The notes below the pieces were generated by a model. It saw nothing but the letters and a program-made list of their open reading frames with translations, was not told where the DNA came from and did no database searches. From a virus, in the IMG/VR virus record IMGVR_UViG_3300025096_000004, positions 1 to 64,000 of that record: DNA of 64,000 bases; one strand, given 5' to 3'. Shown piece after piece: positions 63,653-64,000 of this stretch. The position numbers and the translations under genes were made by a program. The number at the start of each line of letters is the position of its first letter. Position 1 is the stretch's first letter.

Positions 63653-63868
63653 ATGAAATTAAGCGATCAAGCAATGGGGGCTATTATGATGGCCTTGCAG
63701 AAATCTCTAATGGAGCAGAGTGACATTGTTCCGTTGCTGAAGGAGATGAACTTTGTTGAGATGGACAATGGAGAATTGTTGGTTGAAAATCCGCCAACAG
63801 TTAAAGCTCCTAACACAGGTGTTAAAATTGTTGAAGAGGACAAAACAGTTTTAAACTATGGGAATTGA
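63653..63868 (+). CDS. Hypothetical protein
   Basis: AGGAG SD. Confidence 0.6.
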   Translation: MKLSDQAMGAIMMALQKSLMEQSDIVPLLKEMNFVEMDNGELLVENPPTVKAPNTGVKIVEEDKTVLNYGN

Positions 63869-63872
63869 ATGG

Positions 63873-64000
63873 ATGCCAAGATATGTTTACAAGTGTAAAG
63901 ATTGCGAAGCCAGCTTCATGACTGTGCATGGTATTATGGAGGATCAAGATCATTGCGAGGTTTGTTTTAATTTTGGTTCAGTCTTTCGAATCCCCCAGAT
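63873..64000 (+). CDS. FmdB-like zinc-ribbon protein, 3' truncated
   Basis: MPRYVYKCKDC...HCEVC. Confidence 0.75.
   Translation, partial: MPRYVYKCKDCEASFMTVHGIMEDQDHCEVCFNFGSVFRIPQ

Noticed and set aside
1-64000. Eukaryotic giant virus or recoded genetic code
   Set aside because: SD sites, sigma70 promoters and ATGA/TAATG overlaps indicate a bacterial host. Genes are intact under the standard code with TAA, TGA and TAG all used as stops.
1-64000. Host chromosome or integrated prophage
   Set aside because: No ribosomal or core housekeeping operons, att sites or integrase. Dense single-strand small ORFs with scattered auxiliary genes fit a large phage, though hallmark virion genes are not in this window, so this remains an inference.

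Overview
This looks like a 64-kb segment of a large bacterial virus (probably a jumbo or huge tailed phage). It uses the standard code, Shine-Dalgarno sites and sigma70-type promoters, and almost all genes are on the + strand. No capsid, terminase, polymerase or integrase gene is visible in the window. Zone 1 (1-6.7 kb): tRNA-Gly, ClpS, a PiT-like transporter, a metallophosphoesterase and lipoproteins. Zone 2 (6.8-26 kb): an early-type hypervariable region built from 18 copies of a promoter element carrying a 15-bp palindromic box (GGACA-N5-TGWCC, Fis-site-like). These promoters drive about 30 tiny, overlapping MKVGDL(V/I)...EVI mini-proteins (predicted SH3-like barrels) joined by a conserved, multiply coding junction. 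The zone also holds three double-CCHC zinc-knuckle paralogs, a MoxR/vWA pair, a 142-nt tRNA-like RNA and an iteron-like repeat block. Zone 3 (26.8-52 kb): late-type genes, many preceded by a (C/A)TA(T/A/G)TTA motif and sharing N-terminal leaders resembling capsid-targeting peptides. They include an ADP-ribosyltransferase, a protein kinase, PcfJ-like paralogs, zincins and a 1510-aa protein with an FtsK-gamma-like domain. Zone 4 (52-64 kb): PhoH2, a PD-(D/E)XK nuclease, glutamine synthetase II and a GDP-N-formylperosamine-type sugar cluster. All assignments come from reading motifs by eye; no database searches were run.
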